From NCBI GenBank assembly GCA_022566155.1, contig JADFJS010000002.1, forward strand, positions 1-38,600: DNA of 38,600 nt, given 5' to 3'. This document shows, one piece after another, positions 7,937-17,358 of this stretch. The notes beneath the pieces are model-generated. The model made no database searches. It was not told where the DNA came from and saw only the letters and a list, made by a program, of their open reading frames with translations. A program made the translations under genes and the position numbers. Numbering within the stretch: the first letter of the stretch is position 1; each line of letters opens with the position of its first letter. The DNA comes from Chloroflexota bacterium (GTDB taxonomy: Bacteria; Chloroflexota; Dehalococcoidia; Lucifugimonadales; UBA3495).

Positions 7937-9661
7937 ATGCCTGCAGGTGCTTTGCCATTCCCGGCCCAAAAAGGACACTCCCATAAGGGAGGAATCAAGA
8001 CTTGCCCGATGTTCAAGATGTTGCCGGCGGGTCTGCAAGAGGAGGCCAAGAAAAATGAGTTTTTACTGGACTACATCCACATGCTGCCGATGGACGAGGT
8101 GGGCATCCCGGAATATTACCCCGAACTGAATCGGGGCTTGGGGGATCTAAAAGACCCCAACCTTATCTATCCGGTGGGGGAACAAACCTACATTCACATC
8201 TTTGCCGACCAGACCGATAGCCGCGACTACTACATCGCCATCGAGCCCGGGATGACGCTGGATATGGACAGCCTGATGGAGGCCCTTGAAGACCGCCTGG
8301 TTGACTACGTAGACGAGCTGGACGACTTGGATGGCGCCCAAACGGACCGGGGGCAGGTGCTGCGGAACATCCTCGCCAAGGCCTGCATAGTTGTCGATGC
8401 CAAAGACCTCAAATCTCAACGGAAAAAGAACGAGAAGAAGGCCGCTGCCAGACTTCCGGTCAGCAAGGCCGAAATGGCTTCGCTACGGTACCAATTGATA
8501 CGCGACAAAGAAGGCATGGGCGTGATGGAGCCGTTGATCCTGGACCCTTACATCGAGGATATAAGCTGCAGCGGCCTGGGCTCATTGTTCCTGGAGCACA
8601 AGATCTTCAAGAGCCTGAAGACCAACATTTCATTCGGGTCCTTAGACGAGCTGGACACCTTTGTGATCCAACTGTCCGAAAAGATTGGGAAACCAGTCAC
8701 CTACCGAAACCCCATTGTAGACGCCGTTCTTCCCGACGGCTCCCGCATCAATCTCGTCTTCGGCGCCGACGTCTCCAAGCGGGGCAGCAATTTTACTATT
8801 CGAAAGTTCTCAGCCGAACCGTTGAGCATGATTGAGTTGGTGGAGTTCGGAGGGCTGACCTATGAAATGGCCGCCTACTTTTCTCTCGCCATGCTCCACG
8901 GCATGAACATGTTCATTGCCGGGGAAACGGCCTCGGGGAAAACCACGCTGATGAACGCCGTGACGGTATTTCTCCATCCAAATTCCAAGATTGTCAGCAT
9001 TGAGGACACACCCGAACTTCAGGTCCCTCATCCCAACTGGATCCGGGAGGTGATCAGGGGTAAGGCGGGAGACGACTCCTCTTCTTCGGTTACCATGTTT
9101 GACCTGCTGCGGGCGGCCCTAAGGCAGCGGCCCAACGAGATCATTATTGGCGAGATCCGAGGCGAGGAAGGGGCGATCGCATTCCAGGCGATGCAGACCG
9201 GCCATGCCTGCATGGCTACTTTCCACGCGGCTTCGGTCGAGAAGCTGATCCAACGCCTTACCGGCAGCCCCATCAACATTCCCAAGACTTATATCGACAA
9301 CCTCAACTTGGTGGTCATTCAGAGCTTGGTACGCCTGCCCAACGGCAAGGATGGCCGCCGGATCCTCAGCATAAATGAGATCGTAGGCTACGATTCGGCG
9401 ACAGATTCCTTCTCTTATATCGAAGTTTTTCACTGGAACCCTGTGGATGATTCCTACGAGTTTACCGGTTACATGAACAGCTACCTGCTGGAGGAGGTCA
9501 TCGCCTTCAAATTGGGTCTCCCTCCTCATCGAAAACGTGAAATCTACAAGGAGCTCAGCCGAAGGGCCACCATCCTGCGTAAGCTAAAAGATCAGGGAGT
9601 CACCGGGTTCTATGACCTCTTCAAAGTCATCTCGCAAGCGTCCCGCCAAGGTATCTTCTGA
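7937..9661 (+). CDS. arlI: ArlI (FlaI) archaellum assembly/rotation ATPase
   Basis: DPYIEDISC, Walker A GETASGKT, SIEDTPE, LRAALRQRPNEIIIGEIRG, AMQTGH...TFHA; FlaI-type N-domain NLIYPVG. Confidence 0.95.
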   Translation: MPAGALPFPAQKGHSHKGGIKTCPMFKMLPAGLQEEAKKNEFLLDYIHMLPMDEVGIPEYYPELNRGLGDLKDPNLIYPVGEQTYIHIFADQTDSRDYYIAIEPGMTLDMDSLMEALEDRLVDYVDELDDLDGAQTDRGQVLRNILAKACIVVDAKDLKSQRKKNEKKAAARLPVSKAEMASLRYQLIRDKEGMGVMEPLILDPYIEDISCSGLGSLFLEHKIFKSLKTNISFGSLDELDTFVIQLSEKIGKPVTYRNPIVDAVLPDGSRINLVFGADVSKRGSNFTIRKFSAEPLSMIELVEFGGLTYEMAAYFSLAMLHGMNMFIAGETASGKTTLMNAVTVFLHPNSKIVSIEDTPELQVPHPNWIREVIRGKAGDDSSSSVTMFDLLRAALRQRPNEIIIGEIRGEEGAIAFQAMQTGHACMATFHAASVEKLIQRLTGSPINIPKTYIDNLNLVVIQSLVRLPNGKDGRRILSINEIVGYDSATDSFSYIEVFHWNPVDDSYEFTGYMNSYLLEEVIAFKLGLPPHRKREIYKELSRRATILRKLKDQGVTGFYDLFKVISQASRQGIF

Positions 9662-11099
9662 TAACGCCGCAATCAGCTTCGATCTGCTGTCCAACCTCAC
9701 GTACATGGCCGCGTTGGCCACCGGCGGATCGGACCGCGACACGATTCTGAAATGGGCGATCAAGCAAGATTTCAAGACGGGCACCTTTTTCCGCCGCGTC
9801 TACCTCCTCTCCAAGCGGCTAGGGTTCGAGTACACCCGGTCATTTCGCATGGTTGCCGCCAAAGCCGGCGCCTCATCGGTAAAAAACCTTTTACTGCGGT
9901 TCGCGGGCGCCATCTCCTCCGGTGTCTCCGAGGCTGACTTTCTGGCCGAAGAGGCGAGGGTCGAACGGGACCTGTACATAAACGCCTATTACCGCAGCCT
10001 CGAAACCCTGACGAAGTGGGGAGATGCCTACGCGGCCCTGCTGGTGTCGGTTTCCCTGATAGTAGTAGTCGCGATGATGTCCACCATGATCAGCAACCTG
10101 GGTGCCACTTTCGTGATTATGCTTACCTCGACCATGGTCATGGTGTCTGCCTTTGGCGTATATATCATCTATCGGACCGCGCCATACGAAATCAAGACAT
10201 ATCAAAACAACCGTGGACCAGTGGAGAGGGTTTGGGCCAAGCGTCTGTTTTACGCGCTGGTACCCGCGAGTATCTTGATTGGCATATTTCTCGGCTACAT
10301 TTACGGCTTCCACTATTTCCTCTTCTCCTTGGGGATTGCTCTTTTCCCTTCGGGCTTCATGGCCTGGATGGACAATGGCAAGGTTAACCAGCGAGACCAG
10401 GAAGCCGCGACCTTCGTGCGTTCCCTTGGCAATGTAACAGCCTCCCTGGGCACTACGCTAGGCGCCGCATTGATAAAGATAGACCGGCGCTACCTGGGCA
10501 GTCTGGAACCGTCTATCAGACGTCTGCAAGTACGTCTTAGCAGGGGAATCAACACCCAAAAGTGTTGGGACGCCTTCCGGGACGAGGTGGGCAGCGAGCT
10601 GATGAACCGGACTTCGCGCATGTTTGTCGACGGTGTCAGCCTGGGTGGACCTCCGGAAAAGGTGGGCGCCATCGCGGCGGAATACTCCCAGGACGCCGCA
10701 ACCATGCGGGCCCGCCGCATGGTGTCGGCCGCTCCATTCTCCTTTCTAGTGATTCCCCTCCACTTCGCCATGACCGGGTTGATGACCTTCGTCCTGGAGA
10801 TAATCAGAGCGTTCAATACACGAATAGAGATCGCCTCGGCAGAGCTGGCAGCGCAGTCGGGCGACGGGGCAATGGGCCTGTTGCCGGACTTGCCGATCTT
10901 CCAGACTCAGGATATGACCTTGATGTCTAACATCACCCTGGTCGCTCTGATATCCATGACCGTATCCAATGCCCTGGCGCCCAAATTCGCGTTGGGGGGG
11001 CATTCCCTGATCGTCGGCGTATTCGGCTCGATCACCTGCTTGATGACGGCTTTCAACATGGCGGTGATCCCCCCCATTGCCGCCCAGGTGATGCTATAG
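9612..11099 (+). CDS. arlJ: ArlJ (FlaJ) polytopic membrane platform protein
   Basis: LTYMAALATGG, multiple TM segments, two cytoplasmic domains; directly follows arlI. Confidence 0.9.
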   Translation: MTSSKSSRKRPAKVSSDNAAISFDLLSNLTYMAALATGGSDRDTILKWAIKQDFKTGTFFRRVYLLSKRLGFEYTRSFRMVAAKAGASSVKNLLLRFAGAISSGVSEADFLAEEARVERDLYINAYYRSLETLTKWGDAYAALLVSVSLIVVVAMMSTMISNLGATFVIMLTSTMVMVSAFGVYIIYRTAPYEIKTYQNNRGPVERVWAKRLFYALVPASILIGIFLGYIYGFHYFLFSLGIALFPSGFMAWMDNGKVNQRDQEAATFVRSLGNVTASLGTTLGAALIKIDRRYLGSLEPSIRRLQVRLSRGINTQKCWDAFRDEVGSELMNRTSRMFVDGVSLGGPPEKVGAIAAEYSQDAATMRARRMVSAAPFSFLVIPLHFAMTGLMTFVLEIIRAFNTRIEIASAELAAQSGDGAMGLLPDLPIFQTQDMTLMSNITLVALISMTVSNALAPKFALGGHSLIVGVFGSITCLMTAFNMAVIPPIAAQVML

Positions 11100-11201
11100 G
11101 GTCAACTCGAACCACCTTTTCGCCCATGTTGGGTCACCACCGAAGCAGTAGAGGCGCTGCCTCCGAACCAAACAGGTAATCAATGCGAAGGAGTATCAGA
11201 G

Positions 11202-11915
11202 ATGGGCCTACTGGGCAAGATTATCAAACGGCAGAGTGCCGAGGACGCGGAAGATCTTGACTTCGAAGAAGAATTAGTCGATTCCCTGGACATGCCTGAC
11301 GAGGAGAGTGGCTCCAGTACCGGAATCCTGGGTAAAGTCCTGAAGTGGCGCGGGAAGGGTGACTCGGAAGATGCGGACGAGGACGAGGAGCCGGACGAGA
11401 TAGAGGATACGGATGAGACGGAGGATGCGGACGAAACGGATTCTGATGAGTACCCCAGCAACGCCGACGCTGCCGGCACCGCGGAAGAGGACCCTCCTGT
11501 CCAGGTAGTACGGTTGGAAGGTATTCCAGATGTACACCCTGTCGGTGATTCAAATACCAACATGACGCCGGGGCGGGGACCCGGGGCTGCCGCGGGCGCC
11601 GGGGGATCCGCCGGGCCCAGCGCTGGGCAGGATCCCGCTGCGGATTCTTCCCTGGAAGACGGCAACAATGCTGCCGAATCGCCCATAGCTGAGGTGGATG
11701 ACGCCGAGGGGGATGACACTAAAGAAGGCGACTCCAAGCAAGGCGGCGCCAGCGTACCAGACCTCGGCATTTCTTTGGAAGATATATTTGGGGAGGAGGA
11801 GGAGGTAGACGAAGCCCTTCGAGACCTCGCCGACTTCGTGGAAGATGTCGCGGCCAAAGATTTGGCCAGCGACCTGCAAGAGTTCTTAGAAGAACTGGAA
11901 GCCAGGCAGAAATGA
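11202..11915 (+). CDS. Highly acidic hypothetical protein at the end of the arl operon
   Basis: GAAGGAG RBS; D/E-rich; two amphipathic motifs (MGLLGKIIKR, GILGKVLKWR); helical C-terminus. Confidence 0.7.
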   Translation: MGLLGKIIKRQSAEDAEDLDFEEELVDSLDMPDEESGSSTGILGKVLKWRGKGDSEDADEDEEPDEIEDTDETEDADETDSDEYPSNADAAGTAEEDPPVQVVRLEGIPDVHPVGDSNTNMTPGRGPGAAAGAGGSAGPSAGQDPAADSSLEDGNNAAESPIAEVDDAEGDDTKEGDSKQGGASVPDLGISLEDIFGEEEEVDEALRDLADFVEDVAAKDLASDLQEFLEELEARQK

Positions 11916-11970
11916 CGAAGCTATCGCAGGATAGCAGGGCGTTGACATGGTGCGCCGCCGAGGTGCAATC

Positions 11971-12000
11971 TTGACATAAAAATGCAGGCCTGAATATACT
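11971..12000 (+). promoter_or_regulatory. sigma70 promoter of glmS (TTGACA-18 bp-TATACT)
   Basis: Perfect -35 and 5/6 -10. Confidence 0.7.
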
Positions 12001-12095
12001 AACCATAACAGGCCGGGGTTGGTATAAGACGGTTCTCGCCTTGGTCTGAGCCCTAATGCCGGACTGCTGTCCGAGTGGGTCTGCGAGGGGGAACT

Positions 12096-13958
12096 GTGTG
12101 TGGAATCGTTGGATACATAGGCCACCAGGATGCCTGGCCTATCATCCTTGAAGGGCTTCAGCGGCTGGAGTACCGGGGCTATGACAGCGCGGGTATCGCC
12201 ATCATAGACCATGCCGGAGAGTTACAGTTTCGGAAGACGGTGGGCAAAGTCAACGGGCTAATCTCCAACGGCCAAGAAGACTGGATCCAAGGCTCCATCG
12301 GTTTGGGGCACACCCGCTGGGCCACACACGGAAGACCGTCCCACGCCAACGCCCATCCCCATACCGATTGTAGCCGCCGCATCGCAGTGGTGCACAACGG
12401 CATCGTGGAAAATTTCCTGGAGCTCAAACGGGGTCTACTGGCCAGCGGCCATCGCTTCTCTTCCGAAACCGACTCCGAAGTTATCTCCCACCTCATCGAG
12501 GAGGGTATGGATCGGGGCCTCGATTTCGAGGCGGCGTTCCTTAACATGGGTCAAGCGGTGCAAGGCTCTTCGGCAATCACTGCCATGCTGCGTGGAGAGG
12601 AAGGCATGCTCTGCGCCCTCCGCCTGGGCTACGCCGGAGGGATCGTTGTGGCCCACCGGGAGAATCAAGGCATCATCGGCAGCGACCTGCCCGCGATCCT
12701 GCCACTGCTGCGCCTTCAACCCCTTGGGGAACCCGTCGGATTTCTAGACGCGGGTGAGATGGCTGTAGTTACCCGGGAAGGGGTCAAATACAGAGACCTG
12801 GCCGGGAACCACATAGACAAGCAGCTGCGCGTGGTCGTTCCGGAAGACGTCCTGATCGACAAGGGCGGCTATCGCCACTTCATGCTCAAGGAGATAATGG
12901 AGCAGCCCCAATCGGTGGCCGGCGCGTTAAGGGAACGGGTGGACTTCGAGGCGGGCCTGGTTGTGCTTCCGGATTTCCCTATCTCCGACCAGGATGTGAC
13001 CAACCTGCAGCGGGTGATGCTCATCGGCTGCGGCACCAGTCTCCACGCCGCCCAGGTGGGACGCCATCTGGTGGAGCGGCTGGCCGGCCTGCCCGCGGAG
13101 GCCGAAAGCGCCTCCGAGTTTCGCTACCGCGATCCTTACATCGACGAAAGGACCCTGGTGATCGCCGTTGCCCAGTCGGGCGAAACCGCCGACACCGTTT
13201 CAGCGATGCAGATGGTGCGTGAGAAGGGCGGACGGTTGATCACCATCTGCAATGTGGATGGCAGCCAGGCCACCCGTTTGGCCGAGGGCACCCTGCTGAT
13301 GCGTTCCGGCATCGAGATCGGTGTGGCCAGCACCAAGACGTTCATCACCGCGCTGACTCTGTTGAACCTGCTTGCCACCTATCTCGGTCAGGTCAGGGGA
13401 ACGCTGGACCGCCAGCAGTCACGCCAGATCGTGGATAGCCTGGCTCAATGTCCCCGGCTTATCGGCGAGATGCTGGCCGACACCACTTTGTACCAACGGC
13501 TGGCGCGGCGGTTTCATACCTACAACAATTTCCTATTTCTGGGCCGGGGAATCAACGCTCCCATCGCCATGGAGGGAGCGCTCAAGCTGAAGGAGATCAG
13601 CTACATCCACGCCGAAGGCTATCATGCTGGGGAGATGAAACACGGCCCCATCGCCCTCATCGACCAGGGGATGGCCACCCTGGCCCTGGCGCCTCGAGAT
13701 GCGCTATACGACAAGGTTGTGAACAATATCAAAGAGGTTAAAGCCCGGGATGGCGTGGTATTGGCCGTGGGCACCCAGGGCGATGAGGAGCTTGCCGGTA
13801 TGGTGGACGAAATGCTCCCCATCCCGGCTGCTCCCGAGATTCTCATCCCCTTGTTAGCCACCGTGCCTCTGCAACTGTTGGCCTACCACATCGCGCTGCA
13901 ACGGGGTTGCGATGTGGACCAGCCCCGCAACCTGGCCAAGACCGTGACCGTGGAGTAA
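12096..13958 (+). CDS. glmS: Glutamine--fructose-6-phosphate aminotransferase
   Basis: GTG start then catalytic CGIVG, EYRGYDSAG, GHTRWATHG, C-terminal DQPRNLAKTVTVE. Confidence 0.97.
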   Translation: MCGIVGYIGHQDAWPIILEGLQRLEYRGYDSAGIAIIDHAGELQFRKTVGKVNGLISNGQEDWIQGSIGLGHTRWATHGRPSHANAHPHTDCSRRIAVVHNGIVENFLELKRGLLASGHRFSSETDSEVISHLIEEGMDRGLDFEAAFLNMGQAVQGSSAITAMLRGEEGMLCALRLGYAGGIVVAHRENQGIIGSDLPAILPLLRLQPLGEPVGFLDAGEMAVVTREGVKYRDLAGNHIDKQLRVVVPEDVLIDKGGYRHFMLKEIMEQPQSVAGALRERVDFEAGLVVLPDFPISDQDVTNLQRVMLIGCGTSLHAAQVGRHLVERLAGLPAEAESASEFRYRDPYIDERTLVIAVAQSGETADTVSAMQMVREKGGRLITICNVDGSQATRLAEGTLLMRSGIEIGVASTKTFITALTLLNLLATYLGQVRGTLDRQQSRQIVDSLAQCPRLIGEMLADTTLYQRLARRFHTYNNFLFLGRGINAPIAMEGALKLKEISYIHAEGYHAGEMKHGPIALIDQGMATLALAPRDALYDKVVNNIKEVKARDGVVLAVGTQGDEELAGMVDEMLPIPAAPEILIPLLATVPLQLLAYHIALQRGCDVDQPRNLAKTVTVE

Positions 13959-13993
13959 CGACCGCTTCGATAGACGCCGGTTGAGCAATCTCC

Positions 13994-14028
13994 CCGGTCT
14001 CATCTCCGCATCCGGTTTCATCTCCGCA
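13994..14028 (+). repeat. Tandem 17-bp direct repeat (18-bp period) CCGGTYTCATCTCCGCA
   Basis: Copies at 13994-14010 and 14012-14028 with one mismatch. Confidence 0.7.
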
Positions 14029-14367
14029 CTTTGTTTCACCCACTCCCTGCCGGGACTCGCCAGAGTCGGGTTGCGGCACGAAAACTGCCTCTTTTCTGGG
14101 GACATACGCCCTCTGCCGGCCAAAATTCGTGTGAGCTTTCTACACCGACGAACTGCGCCAAAGTTCAAATTGACCGGTTTTTGGACCTTTTTCAGCAACT
14201 GCGTTATCATAACTGGACCGTGCTCACCGCTGATGACGCCGGAAATCCGTAAACGCGGGCGCACGAATGCTTGAACTATTGTTGGAGTGGTGAAATCATA
14301 TATGTAGGCAAAATCTGAGATGCTGCCGCGCACCTTTCGTGCCGGTTGAATGAGGTTAACCATCCAG

Positions 14368-15663
14368 ATGTATCACAAAGTCCTCCACCCGCCGGTGAGC
14401 ATCGACAGCTATCTTCCGTTCCTTTCTGACCAGTTTGCAGAAGAGCTAACCTCTCTTGCAAAGGAACTGGGTCACCTTCGGTTTGTGCACCTGAACAGCA
14501 CGGAAACCGGAGGTGGGGTGGCCGAGATCCTCCAGTCAATGGTCCCCCTGATGAACGCCCTGGGCATCGCCACGGAACGGATCGTAATTGACCCTCCCTC
14601 CGAATTTTTCCAGGTGACCAAGCGGATCCATAACCTGCTGCAAGGAGCGGAGGGCAGCCTATCGAAAGAGGAACTGGAGGTTTATTACGGAAGCGTCCGG
14701 CAAGTCGCCGACGATCTGCGCCGGCGGCCTGTGGCGGCCGACGTTTGGTTTTTCCACGATCCCCAGCTTCTTCCCCTGGCCGGGCTATTACCCCGGACGT
14801 CTCAGGAAATCCGCATCTGGATAGGGCACATAGACTTCACAACCCCCAATCCAAGCGTACTCGATACCTTGCTGCCGCTGGTCCATGATTACGACCGCCT
14901 GATCTTCTCGCTGCCTTCCTATGTACCAGCCCGGTTGAGCGAGACGCCACCGGTCTCCATCGCGCCCCCCGCCATCGACCCACTATCCGTTAAGAATGTT
15001 GCCCTGTCCGAGTCTGCGGCGGCCGATATAACCACCGCCCTGGGCATAGACCCGGCCAGGCCTCTGATCACCCAGGTTTCCCGCTTCGATCTGTGGAAGG
15101 ACCCCTGGGGAGTGATCGATGCCTTCCGGTTGGCCCGGAATCACGTGCCCGGGCTCCAACTTGCCCTGTTGGGATTGAGCCAAGCCACCGACGACCCCGA
15201 GGCGCTGGACGTTCTCGCCACCGTGTCTAACCACGCCGCGCAGGACCCTGACATTCACCTTTACTTCGATGCCAGCGTGCTAACCTGCTCGATCGACGAA
15301 GTCGTCAACGCCTTTCAAGTCGCTTCTCAGGTGGTGATCCAAAAGTCGACGCGGGAAGGCTTTGGTCTCACCGTAACCGAGGCCATGTGGAAAGCCAAAC
15401 CAGTTATCGGTGGCGACGTTGGGGGAATACGCATTCAGATCGATGACGCGGTCAACGGCTACCTGGTCAGCTCCCCGGAGGAGTGCGCCCAGCGTTTGGT
15501 GCAATTGTTGCAGGACCCTCAGTTGCGGGCCCGGTTGGGTGAAGCAGCGCGGGAGAGCGTTCGCGAGCGCTTCCTGATGCCGCGCCTGGCCTTCGACTAT
15601 CTTCAGGCGGCCAAAGCCCACGCCTTCAGTGCGGCCGAGACGGCCAGTACCCCGTCAACCTAA
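14368..15663 (+). CDS. treT: GT4 glycosyltransferase, trehalose synthase TreT-like
   Basis: HLNSTETGGGVAEIL, HDPQ, SRFDLWKDP, QKSTREGFGLTVTEA motifs. Start could also be 14350. Confidence 0.8.
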   Translation: MYHKVLHPPVSIDSYLPFLSDQFAEELTSLAKELGHLRFVHLNSTETGGGVAEILQSMVPLMNALGIATERIVIDPPSEFFQVTKRIHNLLQGAEGSLSKEELEVYYGSVRQVADDLRRRPVAADVWFFHDPQLLPLAGLLPRTSQEIRIWIGHIDFTTPNPSVLDTLLPLVHDYDRLIFSLPSYVPARLSETPPVSIAPPAIDPLSVKNVALSESAAADITTALGIDPARPLITQVSRFDLWKDPWGVIDAFRLARNHVPGLQLALLGLSQATDDPEALDVLATVSNHAAQDPDIHLYFDASVLTCSIDEVVNAFQVASQVVIQKSTREGFGLTVTEAMWKAKPVIGGDVGGIRIQIDDAVNGYLVSSPEECAQRLVQLLQDPQLRARLGEAARESVRERFLMPRLAFDYLQAAKAHAFSAAETASTPST

Positions 15664-15904
15664 CGTCGTCCTGCGGTCAATCAAACTGTTGGTACGCGCC
15701 TACCGTCAAGGGAATGGACAAGCTCCTTGCCCATAACGGAGAAAGGATAGACCCAGCCTCTCTTGCCTCATGGATAGATCGTTGCCGTGTTGCCGCCGCG
15801 CTTCAGATGGGTTAGAGTCTTAGGGGCGTGCCACCTCGCACCGCCGTTTGGAATCCTGTTGGCGGTCTTGAAAACGCATACTACGGACAGCAGAGGTCTT
15901 CGCC

Positions 15905-17005
15905 ATGGCTCAGACGACTGTAATAATCATGGTTGACGGTTTCGACCCAGAGTATCTGGACTATTGCCCCACGTCCAACCTCCGAAGCCTGGCCAAGCAG
16001 GGTTTTATGACCGAGGCCCGGGCGATGATGCCGACGGTGACCAACGTTAACAACGTGTCGCTGATCACCGCCAGCTACCCGGAGGTCCATGGCATAACCT
16101 CCAACTACTGGCTCAACCGCCAGACCGGAGAAGAAGCCTACATGGAGTCCGGCGATTACGTCTTGGCCGAAACAATGTTTCAACGCGCTACCAAGACCGG
16201 AGCCAGGTCTCTGTTGGTCACCGCCAAGGACAAACTGCGTCGACTGCTGGGCGACGGCGCCACACTGAGCGTTTCTTCGGAAGAGGCGCCGCAATGGGTT
16301 GTGGAGGGTGCAGGCCAACCGCCGCCGATCTACTCCTTGGAAGTCAACGAGTGGGTCATCGATGCCGGCCGCTACATCTTGAGCCAGGAGCATTACGACC
16401 TCGTCTACCTGACCACCACCGACTACGCCATGCACACCTACCCGCCGGAAGATCCCGAGTCCTCAAGGCACCTGGCCTTGTTGGACGAAGCCATCGGACG
16501 GCTGGTGGAGAGCCTGCCCGACGTTCAACTTCTGCTTACCGCCGACCACGGCATGTCTTCCAAGGACCGCCTGGTGCACCTTCCGGCGGAACTGGCCCGT
16601 CACGGGATCCAGGCGCAGGCCGTGCCAATCATCAAGGACAGATACACCGTCCACCATTCCAATCTTGGCGGATGCATCTATCTTTATCTGGGAGACGGAG
16701 ACATAGACCAAGCCCTGGCAGTTATCCGCCAGATCGATGGTGTAGATCAGGCCTTGAACCGGGAAGAGGCAGCCAAAACCTTCCGGCTGATGCCCGGCCG
16801 CATCGGTGACATCATGGTGCTGGGCGGTCCGGGAGTGGTCTTTGGCGACCCGGAGCAGGTGACATTGCCGCCCACGCTGCGCTCTCACGGCTCTTTGCAC
16901 GAGGAGCGGGTACCGATTATCGGTTACGGCGGTAATTTTGACGGCTTCGAGTTCAAAGAGAATAAGGACCTGGGCCGATTCGTATTTGAGCGAGTGCTGG
17001 GCTGA
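15905..17005 (+). CDS. phnA: Phosphonoacetate hydrolase-like alkaline phosphatase superfamily protein
   Basis: VDG.DPEY, MPTVTNVNNVS (Thr nucleophile), TTDYAMH, TADHGM, YTVHH, LRSHG motifs. Confidence 0.75.
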   Translation: MAQTTVIIMVDGFDPEYLDYCPTSNLRSLAKQGFMTEARAMMPTVTNVNNVSLITASYPEVHGITSNYWLNRQTGEEAYMESGDYVLAETMFQRATKTGARSLLVTAKDKLRRLLGDGATLSVSSEEAPQWVVEGAGQPPPIYSLEVNEWVIDAGRYILSQEHYDLVYLTTTDYAMHTYPPEDPESSRHLALLDEAIGRLVESLPDVQLLLTADHGMSSKDRLVHLPAELARHGIQAQAVPIIKDRYTVHHSNLGGCIYLYLGDGDIDQALAVIRQIDGVDQALNREEAAKTFRLMPGRIGDIMVLGGPGVVFGDPEQVTLPPTLRSHGSLHEERVPIIGYGGNFDGFEFKENKDLGRFVFERVLG

Positions 17006-17358
17006 AGGCCGGCCTTGTGACGTTGCGTAACCGGCCGTTTTAGCGGCAACATGGCGCTGACCGGCTACCCTACTTCAGCCGCCCGATTTCTACCACCTTG
17101 ATGCCGGCCGCTTAGAAAGCATCTTTTGCCCCATCTAATGGGATTGCGCCAAGGGGCGCGCAACCGATATCCTTGTCTGAAGCGTCTGACATAGTTCGCC
17201 GCCGAACACTTGAACAAGGCACAGCACCGGGCACTTCTGATCTGATCTCTCTCCCGCGCCTGTGCCCGACATGTTATGTAAATCGGTTTCGGCATGGCGA
17301 TTCCGTGTCCGCTCATCGTTGACGCCGGCGCCAGGCATCACCTGGCGGAAGGACGCAG

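Noticed and set aside
3460-11099. Bacterial flagellum or Tad pilus interpretation
   Set aside because: No fli/flg/mot genes. The subunit is a roughly 200-aa archaellin rather than Flp, and ArlH, ArlF and ArlG are present.
12001-12095. glmS ribozyme
   Set aside because: The leader is under 100 nt and lacks the AGCGCC...GACGAGG core.
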